Source: Paecilomyces variotii (Eukaryota). Taken from it: a stretch of 64,000 nt of DNA. Location: assembly GCA_004022145.1 (NCBI GenBank), contig RCNU01000007.1. One strand, 5' to 3'. The position numbers and the translations under genes were made by a program. The notes beneath the pieces are model-generated. The model was not told the DNA's origin. It saw only the letters and a list, made by a program, of their open reading frames with translations, and searched no databases. Shown here piece after piece: positions 1-14,192 of the stretch. The first letter of the stretch is position 1. Each line of letters begins with the position of its first letter.

Positions 1-1056
1 GCCTCCAACGACCTCTAACCCCCAAAGCGGCTAGCGCAGCGGAGAGGGACGGAGACGGTATCGATACGACACAGTACGATACCGGTAATTTCAGCAGATC
101 GCAGAGAGCAACAAGAGCGCCGTCGATTGCCGTAGGATGGCCCTTTTTTCACGCTGGAGATGTCTGTAGAGACTGCACTGTCTGTCTGGATCTCGTCCGC
201 ACGAATGCATGATGAGGATGCTGTGGCCAGCACGGAAACGGCCAGTAGAGTAGGAGTAACGAACAGCAGGATCTACTCTAGTAACGGAGCGGGAGGCGGC
301 TCGTCCTCCTTCGTCTTCGCGCTCCAGTTCCGCGACTCTCTTCTTCTCTCTTTCCAGAGCGCCGCAAGCCAACCAGGAAACGAGAAGCCACCCGCCAACT
401 CCAGGGATTAATTACTACATATACTATAGTTACTTACTATAGTGATAGTTAATTATTTTCTCTCCTGTTTTCTGATCAAATCCCAGCGGCCAGATCGGCC
501 CGTTCGGCGCTTCGGCAGATCCTGCGCGTGCCTCGCGGGAAAAGCGATCGAGCCCCAACCAGCCCAGGACAGGACAAGACAAGACCAGACCAGACCAGAC
601 CCCGACCCATCCACTCAGTCGTCCTGCCTGGAACCCTCTGAGTCTCCCGGACTGTTCGACCGCTGGCCATCGGCTGGCTTGCGTTGCTGGCTTTGGTATG
701 TCTTCTTTGTGATCGCTGTCGCTGGCCTTCTGCCCCTGTTGTCCTTTCGTCTGTCGTTGCGCCCGCCCGGATGGCGATGGCTTTTGCTCAGGCGCAACAT
801 GCGCCCGTCGCGATGACCTCCCCTCGCCCCCCCCAAACAAGTTCCTGTGCATTGCTTTCCTGCCCCGATCATGTCATGATGCGAGCTTGTCGCGATGGGA
901 TCGCGTTCGATGGAGCTCCCAACCTGGCTGACCTTGATGCGCTGTCTCCCCAGGCCCTTCCAATGATGCTATCGTAGCATTCGCCTCGCCATATTTGTGC
1001 CCACCAACGTGTCTCCGTGTGAGCAGACACGCATAACTATCTCCTAGAAAGAAACA

Positions 1057-3647
1057 ATGTCATCCGCGGACCTTCCCGCAGGGACTTCTTCGAATCCGGA
1101 ATCCTCTTCGCAGGACCCCCAGCCGGATGGAGTCCAGAATGGCTCCAGCTCCGCCGTCGTAGACGCCAACGCAGAGAGCTCGAACCCGGCTGCGGACCAG
1201 GGTGCCAACGGGACCTCCCAGGACGCGATCGTGGAAGGGAAACAGAACGCGAAGGCGGTTCTGGCAGCGTCAGGGGTCTCTGTCGGAGAGTCTCAATCGG
1301 ATGAGAACCAGCGGTCCGCATCTCCCCAGTCGAATGGCGCGAATGGCACGGCGTCGAGTAGGAAACGGTCGCGTTCCGGCTCTGCGGTGCAGTCCTCTTC
1401 GCCTACAGAAAGCTTACCAGTGCGCGTTCGTGAAACGCCAACAGACAAGATCCTCCTGGAGCAGTATGTCTACCGGGAGTTCCACCACTCCGCCCTGGAA
1501 GCGTGGCATAATCCCAGCCAAGAGATTCTCCAGCAGAAACGGGCAGAGCGCGATTATTATCTGGCGTTGCGGCGGGATAACCAGACCAACCCTGCGGCTC
1601 TCTATGGCGCTGGCTACGAAGGGTATGGCAATGCGCGGACGGATCTGAGGAATCAGCATCCGCAATTACTCTATCCGTCCAACCGCCGTCGTCCGGGGGG
1701 CAGAAAGTCTAGAGAGTTACGGATATCCCGTAAGGACATGAAGGTTCAGAACGAGCAGATCGAAGACCTCGTCCCTATTCGGTTGGATATCGACTGGGAC
1801 AAGATCAAGATCCGAGATACATTTACTTGGAACCTGCATGATCGAGTGACGTCTCCCGATCTCTTCGCAGAGAAGTTCGTTGAGGACCTAGGTCTCCCTC
1901 TTGAAACATGCGTCCCGCTCGTACGCCAGATATCCCAGGCGATCCAGGAGCAGATTGTGGACTACTATCCGCAAGTGTACGTCGAGGATGATCCCCTAGA
2001 TCCTCACCTACCGTATTATGCGTACAAAAACGACGAAATGCGCATTTTGATAAAGCTGAATATAACCATTGGACAGCATACGTTGGTTGATCAGTTCGAA
2101 TGGGAGATGAACAATCCCTACAACTCTCCCGAGGAGTTTGCGCTGCAGATGACAAACGATCTCTCTCTGTCGGGAGAGTTCACCACCGCCATCGCTCATT
2201 CCATTCGCGAACAGGTGCAGCTATTCACCAAGTCCCTCTACATCCTTTCACATCCCTTCGATGGCCGTCCCATCGAGGACCCCGACCTCAAAACCGCATT
2301 CCTCCCGACACCCCTCTCCACGCCATTCCGGCCATTCCAGGCCGCCAAGGAATTCACTCCTTATCTGTACGAGCTCAATGAAGCCGAGCTGGAGCGTACA
2401 GAGGTCTCCATCTCCAGAGAGCAGCGACGGCAGAAACGGTCAGTTAACCGTCGTGGTGGACCGGCTCTGCCAGATCTCAAGGACCGCCAGCGCACCATTC
2501 GAACGATGGTTGTGTCGTCTGTTATACCAAACTCTGCTTCCTCAGTAGAGGAGAGCCACCTCTTCAAGCGGTCAGGTTCAGGTCGCAGTAGGCGCTCTGT
2601 GCCCGGCCAGCGCGATGGAGGCGACGAGACGGACGAGTCTGACAGTGAGGATTCCTCTGCGGGTTCTCCTGCCATTGGCACCCATCTCGCTCAAGGCACG
2701 GCTCGGACAAGAGGCATGAGAGGTGCTGCTTCGGCTGCACAGGCGGCCCTTCGGTCCAACCTTGGCCATTCTACGACGCCTGAACCGTCGTTGCACCACC
2801 ACGAAACGAGAGTCTCTGCCCGAAGACGTGATTACCGAGAAGAGAGCATGGACGAGCCGGATAAGCTCATCGTCAAGCTCAAGATCAACAGAGAGCGGTT
2901 GCGCCAATTGCTTCGAGACATGAAGAACAGGAATAGACCCCAGTCAGCCTCTAGTGTCACTGGCCCTACGGCGGCTCCTCAGACGTCCCAGAACAGCACC
3001 CCAAGCGCTGCACCAGCAGGCTCAATGCCGCCACCGCAATCCCAGCTTCAGCAGCCCGGCGTAGCTAGACCAGCCAATCTCAGTCCAGGCGCACAACAAC
3101 AGGGCCCGGCTCAGCAGATCGGTGCCATCGATGCTCCTCATCCTCCACAGCCAGGCGTTCCGGGGGTAAGTTGAAAACAGAAAGAGAAGACATATTGAAG
3201 CTCGGGCAACATCATCATCAGATTCCCAATCATGTCCATCCACTCCTACACCCGACGAAGATGAGAGAGGGCTTCGAAGTGTATATATTGGGGACTGTGC
3301 ACTGACGTGTCGAATAGCCTCCGCCGCCCACCTGGCTCATGTCTGGTCTTGCTCAGCTCAACCGCAACTACCCGAACGACTCGTTTGAAGGCGTGATGCG
3401 CTACTCTGCCGTCGATACTGCCACCATGCTGCCTGTCGCGAATGCAAACGCTACGCATCCGGGCCAGAAGTTGAAATACCAGTACCTTCCACGTATCCGA
3501 TGTCACGACTGTCCTGGAAAGCTGTACACACCTGGCCCCGGCACGACAGTCGATAATTTCGAAGTGCACCTGCGGAACCGACAGCACAAGGAGCGTGTTG
3601 AGGAGAGATTGGCGAGAATGGCAGGATCGAACGCTTCTGCATCGTAG
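1057..3647 (+). CDS. SNF5: SWI/SNF chromatin-remodelling complex subunit Snf5 (2 exons: 1057-3165, 3318-3647)
   Basis: SNF5 repeat motifs LVPIRLDIDWDKIKIRDTFTWN and IKLNITIGQHTLVDQFEW...EFTTAIAHSIREQ. GTAAGT...AATAG intron joins in frame to a C-terminal RIRCHDCPGKLY...FEVHLRN exon. Confidence 0.95.
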
Positions 3648-4713
3648 CTGTACTCTACTAGGGCTGAGCTGGAGTATTAAGGAGGGGGAGGGGGATTACA
3701 TGGATCTAGCAGGCGTGTTCTTACTTTTTTTTTTTTTGAACGTTTTCTTTTGTCGAAGGCATCTATCTGCCCGACATGGTACATAGGATATAGGAGCTGT
3801 GGGCTATCAGTCCGTCGTTGTTTTTTTTTAAAGCATCTCCCTATTTTCCCTCAGGGCTGTCCTCATGTATTAGCTGATCTACTCAATTCTTGGTGGCGCA
3901 AGTTAAGTTCCAATTGGGGAATCTGAGTCTTTTGCCTCCCATATCTGCATGGGAGATTGAAATCCATGAAGATGTTATATTGAGATGAGAACGAGAACGA
4001 TTTGTTTTTGTTACACTTGAGTTGTAAGCCTTGTGGATAACTAGTTCAAGGTAGTTAATATAGAGACAGATGACTTATAATAATATAATACAGTAACTAC
4101 CAATCCAAGCATCGTATCCCACCACGGGTAAGATAATTAACATGTCTATTTTTATTATCTCTATCCTTAGAATCTCTACAACGATCAGCCCAAGCAAGGA
4201 AAGAAAGAAGGAAAGAAATCTTTCTAATTTTATTCTCCAATTCTCATTCCCATTCAGACACATAATCCACATAATCCACATCATCATCATCATTCTTCTG
4301 TTCGTCCCCCCTACTACAACTAGTAATGAGACATTAACTCATATTCGACACATAAATCGATGATGATGATAATAAACCACCCAGAAAAAAAAAATCAATC
4401 AAACAAACAAACAAAAAAACAAAGAGGTATATACGGCATCAATAGACCATAGATAGTATAGATAGCATGGGCATGGCATCAGCCAGGATAAATAAATAAT
4501 AGGGGGAAATGTGAAACGCAAAAACGCCAAATGTAACCCACGAAACCAGCATATACATGTATGTGTGTGTATATATATAGATATATATCGAGAGCTTTGG
4601 GGGCTTGCGCATTCATCAAGTCTATATGCTTATGCTGATGCCTTTCTTTCTTTTGGAGGAATAAATGATAATCATGAGCGTTACCGAAGGATTTTCCTTC
4701 GGAAGAGGGGCGC

Positions 4714-4736
4714 GGGGGGGGGGGGGGGGGGGGGGG
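4714..4736 (+). repeat. G23 homopolymer downstream of the MFS gene
   Basis: Direct reading. Confidence 0.9.
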
Positions 4737-4800
4737 CGAGGATTATGTATGATTAATGAGAGGAAGAAGGGGGGAAAAAAAGGTTGGGATCTTTTTTTCT

Positions 4801-6620
4801 TTAAAACTTCGGCGAGAACTTGCTCAAAGAGCGAATCTTCTTTCCGTAGAAGAAGAACAAGATCGGAATCGGGATCATCGCGACGGTGATAAAGCCCAAC
4901 ACGCTAGACGCCCAGTTCACGCCGAGATTGTGATACATCTGCACAGCGAAGAGGGGGAAGCCACCACCAACGCAACTCCGGACGAGCGTGTTGGCGGCAA
5001 TGGCGGAGTTTGCGAACATGAGGTATACGTCGATGATGTAGTTGAGGCCCTGCATGAAGATGACGAGGATGCCGCATCCGATGGGCACGCCGGCGAGAAC
5101 TTGTGGGAACCAGTGGACGTGAGGGCTGGATGTCCATCCGAACCAGAACAGACCGGCGGGGAGGATGACGGAGGCGATCATCATGGGGACGAGACGTTCT
5201 TCGGGGACGACGCGGCCGTGTTTCTCGAGTTTGCGCGCGAAACGGGTCTTGGTGATGATGGAGATTAAGGCGACGCCGATGAAGACTCCGATTAGGATGC
5301 CGAGGAATGGCAGTGCGGCTACACCGGGGTGTTTCCAGCCGCGGACTTCCTGGAAAGAGACGGGGTAGGCTTCGAAGAAGAGGTAGAGGATACCGTAGAT
5401 CAGGGCGAGGTAGATGGTGATGCAGACTAGGATGGGTTCGAGGAACAGCATCTGGAACGGCCGCAGGATGTATTTCCAGAGGATATCTTTGAAGGTTGGA
5501 CGGTGCTCGTCCAGGAAGGAGTGGTAGGCCCAGTTCTTTGTCTCATGGCGAAGACGAGCGGCGCGGCGCTGAAGCAGGATTGGTGCGTAGGTCTCTGGCA
5601 CGATGATCAAGGCGATGAGGCCGAAGAAAGCAGATGCGATGAGGGTGATCCAGGCTGTCCATCGCCATCCTAGGTGGGAGCTCACGATGAAACCACCCCT
5701 GTTCCACTGTTTAGTTATCTGTTCCAAGAGGGAGGATGAAAGACAAGATAGAATAACGGTGAAAGATAACTTACACTATAGGACCGGCCGTAGGGCCTCC
5801 AAAAGTGGCTGCTGAGAAGAAGGCAACAGCAACACCTCGGTCAACTGGGTCCCAGAAATCCGCGAGAGCACCTCCAATGACTGCCAGCGGTGCACAGCCA
5901 AAGACTCCCACGAAGAATCGACACACCATGATCGTCTGGAGGTTCTGAGCGACGGCAACGGGAATCTGGAAGATGGCGAAGACAGCATATCCGAAGAACA
6001 GTGGTGGCATACGCCCGTACAGCTCAGACATAGGACCCCAGATCAGAGGACCGACGGCAAATCCCTGTTGAGAATTAATTAGTTCGTATTCTAGGTCTGA
6101 ATCATGATATCAATCAAAGCCATTGTTGAACTGTATCACTTACAAACACCACCAGACTCGTTCCCAGCGTCGTGACTTCGGTGGACACACCGAATTCCTC
6201 CGCCGTCACCAGGGTTGCTTCACTGAACACACTACTGGCGAACGTGATCCAGACGGTCAACGACGACAGCGTCATGGTGTAGACCCATTTCTTCCACTTG
6301 GGCCAATTCTGCGGGTTCTCGGGGTCGTCTGGACCATCCCATTCCACCAGGTTTGGATCCTTCTTGGGGGCATTCTCATCCTCCAGGGGCGCTTCTCCTC
6401 CGCGCTCGATATCTTCCTCTTCCTTTTCGATATCGCCAACCTCGTCTCGGGCTACCCGCTCCTCCGGTTGCGGGCTCTCCATGGCGCGCAGCTCGTTCGT
6501 CTTCTCTTCTTGCAGGGTATCACCGGACGACGGATGGTGAGGGACTCTCTCATGATCGATGCTCAGTCGTGTTGGTGTGGTCGCGTTTGAATCGAATGTG
6601 GTCTGCTTGTCTGGGTCCAT
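4801..6620 (-). CDS. MFS drug:H+ antiporter (DHA1 family, Tpo/Flr1-like), 4 exons
   Basis: WDGPDDPENPQNW N-terminal motif, SELYGR, WRW, PETY, PEERL and ASAIAANTLVRS motifs across ORFs 6114-6641, 5771-6031 and 4801-5727. ATG at 6620. Confidence 0.92.
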
Positions 6621-9349
6621 GCTGTCGCGCGTTTGACGCAATGCGCCGGGGAGCCTCGGCCGGTCAGGACGGATGACGGGGTGACTAGAGTATAATCGAT
6701 ACTCTCAAAAGTCTCTAAACAAGCTGTGGCTTCTTCCCAGTGACGCAATTTACACTGAACACGGGCTCGGATATAGACGTTCCTGGAAGCGTTACTGGGA
6801 TCGCCGGGACAGTTCGACCTTGGAAGTTCCAGCAGCCTACGAGATGAGATCTTCTACACCTGATATATAGGATCTGAAAAAACGGACTTTAGCGCAGTGG
6901 ATCCGATCCATTCTGTTATCTCCATGCGTACGACCAAAAAGTTTTCCACATCGAGGAGGCCCAGCTGAGAGCTCTGTTGCTCTAGGCCTCTAGGCCAATG
7001 GGCCCGTGGAGAAGCCGGCAACGGCGCCATGAGCCAGGCACATAAGACGGAGGATCATGACAAGAAGCGCCGAAGGGGGGGGATCATTGACCATCAGGAT
7101 TTCTAAGCGTAACTATGCTTTATGCTCTCTTTTGGGAGCATATCTAGTAGTTGAACGCAGATGGCGCCATCACTGAACACTAGGATCGCCGCGGTTAGAA
7201 CCTAAAGTCCGACATCCTCCGTCCTGTCATCATTGGCGACTGCACGACGGTTGCGTTCGCCAGACATCGTTCTTTAGGGCTTCACGGCGACGCTCGCAGA
7301 CGGCCCGCTGCAAGTGGTACTTGGACCACTTGGTACGTACTCTTAAGTCGAGAGTCTACAGACGCCACCATATCCCCACTTGGTGCTGATTCCTCAATAG
7401 GCCAAAGTACGACTTACGTGCTCTACTCCGTAGTCTCTATGAGGATAACAAGACTGTCATTCCCTATGATTATATCAGGTAAGTAGTTTGCTTTTCAGCA
7501 ACCATCAGGGACTCCGGAACCCAGAAGCAGCATCCTCGCTAACCATCACTTTCTACCATAGTTCTATCTAGTATTCTAGAATCTACAGAGTTTTTGCTGC
7601 AAGCGGTGACGGAAGCTTGGGCCAACTGGCAGCCCGAGGAATGGAAGAGACCAACACCAACAAGGATTGACGATAGTAATAACAATCCCAGATCTCCCGC
7701 TCGGAGTGCGCGAAGCCGAGTATTTCTCCGTCCGACTGGTCAGAATCCATGGCACTGGTCTCGGCCAAGAAATTGAGTCTTCGCGTCGGGGTCGGTGGTC
7801 GGCACTTGTGCTGCTCTCGGACTCCGAGGTACCGGAAGTAGATCATTATGGCATTATTATTATTATTATAGAGCGAAGACAGGATCTGATCTGATCTGAT
7901 CTGATATTTGGGTATCTATTATTATTACCAGGATGACTGAGACTTTTCGTCCTTTCGTCGCTCGCGTGGCAAATGAGCAGGATCTCCCCGAGTCAGTTGA
8001 GTCATTGCATGCCCGGATGACATGTTTGATAGGTCATAGGATTGCCTGGTCATCTTCTCCTCTGAGACATGATCTGAATAATATGGTAGTTGAGTAATAA
8101 TGATGAATAACGAATATATTAAATAATAACTAATAATAATATTATTACTATTTTATTATTTTATTTTCATCGTCTTTTTTTCCTGTTTCTGGCGTCATTA
8201 ATATTCTTCTTCCATGCTTTTCCCTCGGTCGATCGGCGCCTCGAATGTTCCGAGACCCACTTTTTCGCTCTTGGGAACCTCCGGGGACCGCTAACCGTAT
8301 CAGGTATGGCACCAACACGTGGTCATGGCCATATTCTAGAATCTAGAGTATCTTAGGTACCAGGTAGGTATGTAAGTGGTCTAGAGTAAGTTGCGAACGG
8401 TATCATACTCTATTATAGTAGTCAGTATCCTTGTGGATACTCGCGATTAGGCATGTGGAGTAGATACTAACTATCTATCTATCTCGTAGCGGATTACAGA
8501 ATACTCACGTGCATACAGGATCTTGAAGAGAAGGAATATGGTAGTCAAGTTAATTATTATGCAGATCGGCTGAACTGATCCGGATATATATCGGGAGAAT
8601 TTCCGCCTTCCTGCTTGAGCGATTCATTATAGCATACTCTACTTATTAATATTACTTTGCTGATTCTAGGGTTGTGTTACAGGCGATGAACGTAATCGCT
8701 TGCTGCGGTCCCATGTCTTTTGGTTTAGAGTAGGGCGACTTGAGCAATAATGAATCGTGGGGTTCCTTTTTTGGTGTAACTAGCCCCTAGATAAATCTAT
8801 GGAGGTCAGGACATTATTGAGAAAGGTAGTTTTAGGTGCCTGGAGGAGCCTTGCTAATTCAGTGAAGTATATAAACAAAGGAGTTAGCCATGTCTGTATA
8901 AGAGTCAACAAAATAGAAAAGCCTAAAGTTATTTATTATTAACTAATTGACGAAGTATGCAGTTGCAAGAGACCTTTAATCACGCAGCGTAAAACAGAAG
9001 ATGCATGTTACTTACAGACTTGAATGCGTACCATAAATATTCTGCTCTATCAAAAAGTTTCTGCCTGAGGCGCCCGCACAACACGCCCGACGCGTCGACG
9101 GGCGGCAGTTCAGTGGGCGGTAAGCGCCCGCGCTTGATTCGAATCGATTATTGCTCGTGCCTCCAACTCCCCATTTATCTTCATCTTCGGTCGCCGTCGT
9201 GACTTTCATCCCAATTCCAATCTCCCTTGGCGCGCAGCTTCTTCCACGGCCTCAATTCCTTCACGCATCGCCACCGCCTGCGCCCCAACATCGAGCATCT
9301 CATGCTGTGCTGATCTGGTCCACGTTCACTTCCCCGCCCTTCTCCCACG

Positions 9350-12300
9350 ATGCCTGCGCGCACTCGGCAAGCTCCCTCCGCCGCGACGGAGACCGTGGAG
9401 CCGGAGGAGGAGCAAGGCGGTTTTCAGAAATTAAGATTCAATGAACCGCTTTCATGGCGCGTCGGAAAACCCGCCATTCCTGTTGCAGATCTGCTCCAGC
9501 GTCTGCAGAAGCTAGGCCAGGAGCTCCGCAAGCTTGAGCAGGAGGAGACGGACAAAGACTCTTTGCGGAAGGTTTCGCAGGAACTTGCTAGCGCCCAGTT
9601 ATTGGCGCATAGAGATAAAGGTGTCAGGGCGTGGACGGCGTGCTGTATTGTGGATGTTTTGCGCCTCTGCGCTCCCGACGCGCCTTTTACGGGAAATCAA
9701 CTAAAGGTTCGAACATGGCGTTGACGTAGACGCGTTGGAGAGGAATTCTTTGCTGACCGACTGAGGACAGGATATATTTACTTGCATCATCACAACTATT
9801 ATACCCGCACTGGCCGATCCGTCCAATGCATACAATTCGCAACATATCTACGTGCTCAACTCGCTCGCGGAAGTCAAGAGTATTGTACTCTTGACGGATA
9901 TCGACTCTGCAGATGCTCTGATGCTACCGCTTTTCACATCGTGTTTTGACATCGTCTCGGGATCATCGAAGGCTTCAACCGGTGAAGAGGTGGCCAAAAA
10001 TGTGGAATACGATATGACCCGCCTGTTAGTGACGGTAATCGACGAGGCACCAACTCTGGCGCCAGAGGTGGTCGACATTATCGTTGCGCAATTTCTACGA
10101 GTCGATCCGCGTGTCATCGAACCCCCTACAAAGAAGGGAAAGAAAGCAGAGGCCATTGATAGCAACCAAGACACTCTCCTGCTGAAGGACTACCCTCCTG
10201 CATATAATATGGCGAAGGCGATCTGTCAGGCGTGTCCAGAGAAGATGACCAGTCATATCAGCCAGTATTTTAACAACGTCATCATCGATGCCTCAGCCGC
10301 TTCGAAGATGGACGGCCCTTCGAGACACAACCGAAAGGTGAACCTGGATGATTCTGACGATGAGAGGGAGGATGTCAAGGAACTGAGCAAGGCACATCGC
10401 TTGATCCGCGAACTATGGCGAGCCTGTCCAGATGTGCTGCAGAATGTCATCCCCCAATTGGAGGCGGAGTTATCGGCGGAGTCAGTCTCTCTGCGTTTGT
10501 TGGCAACACAAACAATCGGTGATCTCGTAGCAGGAATCGGCGTTGCCGGTCCACCACCACCTCCGCCGATGAACCCTGCGGCATATCCCCCGGTCACATT
10601 AATAGGCTATTCTGAGTCCGTACCTCAGCCGAATGTCCTGCTCAGTCCCCTGGCGCCGAAGCCGTTCTCCCAGGCTCATTCCACAGCATACGAGAGTTTC
10701 TTGAGTCGTCGCCAGGACAAGTCTGCTTCTATTCGGGCTGCCTGGGCTACAGCAGTAGGGCGCATCGTTCTAACTGCTGCTGGTGGTTCCGGCCTAAGTG
10801 AAAGCGAGGAACAAAGCCTGGTGACTGGCCTTACAAACACGCTTCGTGATGCCGACGAAAAAGTTCGTTTAGCAGCTGTGGATGTCCTGGGCTTATTTGG
10901 CTTTTCCGATATTATAAAGAAACTGGCCGTGACTGGTGGCCTCTCTACTCCGGACTCTACGCTCTCTGTGCTCGCGGAACGTGTCAAGGACCGGAAACCG
11001 CAGGTACGGGAGCTGGCCATGAAGATCCTGGCCCGGATATGGGCGGTTGCGGCTGGAGAAATACAGAAAAACAATGAGTTGGTGGTTCCTCTTCTCAAGG
11101 ATGCGCCTTCCAAGATATTCGATGCCTACTATACGAATGACCCGGATATTCATGCGCTGATTGACCGCGTTCTGTTTGAAGTTCTCCTTCCCTTGGGCTA
11201 CCCGCCCATCAAGTCAAAGCCTTCCAAGGGAGGACTTTCAACTCCCTCGAAGAGGCTGAGGGGCTCTCAGAATATCGATCCCGAGGCTGAAGAAGACGCA
11301 GACAAGATCCGTGTATTGCGTATTCTGACCCTCCTGCGATGCTTGGATGACAAAGCAAAGAAAGTATTCTTTGCCTTCCAAGCAAGACAACTAACCATGA
11401 GGAGTGCGATGACAATATACTTACAGGCGTGTGAAGAGTACAACGTAAGAATCTTGCAACTCCCCTAATGCCGAACTTACTGACTAGAGGGTTAGGGTGG
11501 TGTCATCGATAAGGATGAGGAGCGCGTCAAGGCGCAGCTTACGAGAGTAGTTGATGGTGTAGCGAAGACTCTCCCTGACTCTAACCGAGTATCTGCAGAT
11601 CTATGGAAATTCGCCAAGATGCACGACAGACGGAGCTACCAGCTCATGCGGTTTGCGATGGCTGCTGTTAGCGACTACCGGACTGTGACGAAAGCTTTGA
11701 AGGAGCTCGCCAAGAGGATACAGAGCGGTAACAGCCCCTCCGTATTGGATACTATCACGCCGCTCTTGTATAGGTGTAGCTCTCTTGTCTTCAATCGGAG
11801 TCATATTCCCGCGATAATCCAGCTCTCGCGGTCCGAGGACAAGGAGCTGGCGAACACTGCACACGAGATGTTGAAGCAGATTTCCTCTCGCAATCCAGAA
11901 GTTCTCGAAGCTCAGGTCCAAGAGATGTGCAGGGACCTGGAAGCACAGGCGCCAACGTCTAACTCAGCCGATGATGCTGGCACTGAGGAGATTCTCAAGG
12001 CCTGCTCTGGATTTGCTAAGAAGCTCCCGTCGAAACTCCCCAAGGAGCGCAAATTCTTACAGGCCTTGGTGAACTACGCCTTGTACAGCTCGTCGCCCCA
12101 TTCCGCTAAACATGCCGTATCTATTATCATGGCGGCTGCAGACAAGAAGGAAATGTATGCAAAGGATCTGGTGCAGAAATGTCTCAAAAACTGGGGATAT
12201 GGAGGTGATCATTTCCTCACACGACTTGCCGCTATTTCCCAATTGAACTTGCTCGCCCCGAGGGAAGCAGATGAGGAAAGCGACCTCATTGTCTCTATCG

Positions 12301-14192
12301 CCGTCAACCAGATTCTACTGACAAACCGTTCCCCGCAACCCGATTCCGGATATAAGTGGTCTGATGACGAAGACGAAGAAACTATCGCGAAGCAATGGGC
12401 TCTCAAGACGATCGTCAATCGACTTCGTGCGAAAGAGGGCTCGGATAATGATGACGATTTCCGCGCTCATGCGGAGCCCGTTTATAGCACTTTGAACAAG
12501 CTGGTCACTGGCGAAGGGGAGCTCTCAAAGAAGAAAGACACGCCCGCGAGCCAAAAGCCCCGGCTACGTCTTCTAGCAGCTAAGCTACTTATCAAGCTCT
12601 GCGCGTCCCGGGGTCTCTGTGACCAGCTCCTGACTCCCAAGGACTTCAACTCTCTAGCCTTGGTTACCCAGGACCCTCTGCTAGCCGTGAGAGCTGAATT
12701 TATCAGCTATCTGAAAAAGAAGCTGGTGCAGAAGACTCATCTCAGCGCTCGCTGGTATACCATACCTTGTCTCCTCGCGTTCGAGCCGTATGCCGATTTG
12801 AAAGATAGCACTCTAACATGGCTACGATCTCGCGCGAATTTCTTCTCAAGGCAAAGCGTGGTGAATGGGAAGAGATCCGAAGAGCAGACTGTGATGGAGT
12901 CCATCTTCTCGCGCCTTCTGTCTCTTCTCGCATATCACCCTGATTATCCTCCTCCAGATACCGACGAGTCTACCCGAGTCGCGGATCTGGCGGACTTCTC
13001 ACGCTATATCCTCTTCTATCTCTCCGCCATCGCGAACGAAAACAATTTGTCCCTGATATTCCACATCGCGCAGCGTGTCAAGCAGACTAAAGATGGTATT
13101 GCGAAGACCGAAGAGATGACCACGCGTCTTCATACATTGTCGGATCTCGCACAAGCAACCATTCGTCGGTTCGCTGATATATACTCTTATCAGCATAAAT
13201 TTGCTGGAGCGACCGGCGGCAGCACGAATCTCCTTCAGACGTATCCAGGCAAGATGAGACTGCCAAGCGCACTCTTTGCTTCCATGTTAAGCCACCAGGA
13301 GGCGCAGGATGCGGCAGAAAAGAACTACCTCCCCGAGGATATCGAAGACGTCCTAGACCGCATTGTCCGTTCATGGATGAAGCCAAGAAACACGTCCACA
13401 GCGCAGCAGAATCAGGCGAAGAAGAGAAAGAGCGATTTCAATGGAAACGCCGAAACCAGCGCCACAAAGAAAGCCAAGAAAACCAAGGGAAGATCTCTTC
13501 CCATCCGAAGGTCTTCTGCAGCAGGTAACCCGAAGCTGCCCAGGAAGAAGGCCGACGAAGATAGCTGGGTGTCTGATGATGCCGCAGAAGTCACCTCCAG
13601 CGCTCGACGGCGGAGCAGCAGAGGCGCTGGCAGAAAGAATGTCAGTTATGTCGATCGAGACAGCGATGAAGATGACCTTGAGATGGACAAAGAAGGTGAC
13701 GAGGAGCAGGACGGAGAAGAGGAAGAAGAAGAACAAAATTCCGAAGAAAGCGCCGCTGAGGAAGAAGATGAGCCAAAAGAACAGGAAAAAGAAGACGAGG
13801 AGCAACAGTCTGACGATGAAAAGAATGGCGATGACGAAGATGAGGAGATGGAAAATGCTGAAGAACCTCCAGCCCCTCCAGCAAAGAAGAATACTCGATC
13901 AAAGAGAACGTCTACTACTCCTGCCAAAGCAAAAGTATCGAAGGCGTCTGAAAACGAAAAGGACGGTAATGGCGAAGAGCAGGAAGACGATGCCGAGATG
14001 GAGGATGCCGAAACTTCACCTCCAGCAGTGAAAAGCACCCGATCAAAGAGAAAGTCAACCACCCCCGCCAAAACAAAAGCTACAAATGTAACCGTCTCTG
14101 TCTCTGTCCCCAAACGCAAGTCCGAGGTGACAGATACTTCGAGCAAGAAGACCCGAGAACTACCCACGAGGCGATCAACCAGACGGGGTTAG
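9350..14192 (+). CDS. PDS5: Sister chromatid cohesion protein Pds5 (BimD/Spo76), 3 exons
   Basis: HRDKGVRAWTACCIVDVLRLCAPDAPF, VIPQLEAEL and RLLSLLAYHPD motifs; HEAT-like body with acidic/basic low-complexity tail; introns about 9707-9770 and 11445-11495. Confidence 0.95.

Noticed and set aside
15-1000. Short overlapping ORFs upstream of SNF5
   Set aside because: No recognisable domains; low-complexity promoter/UTR sequence with (CCAGA)n-type repeats.
13371-14167. Antisense and alternate-frame ORFs over the PDS5 tail (similar shadows over other genes)
   Set aside because: By-products of low-complexity GAA/GAG-rich coding sequence.
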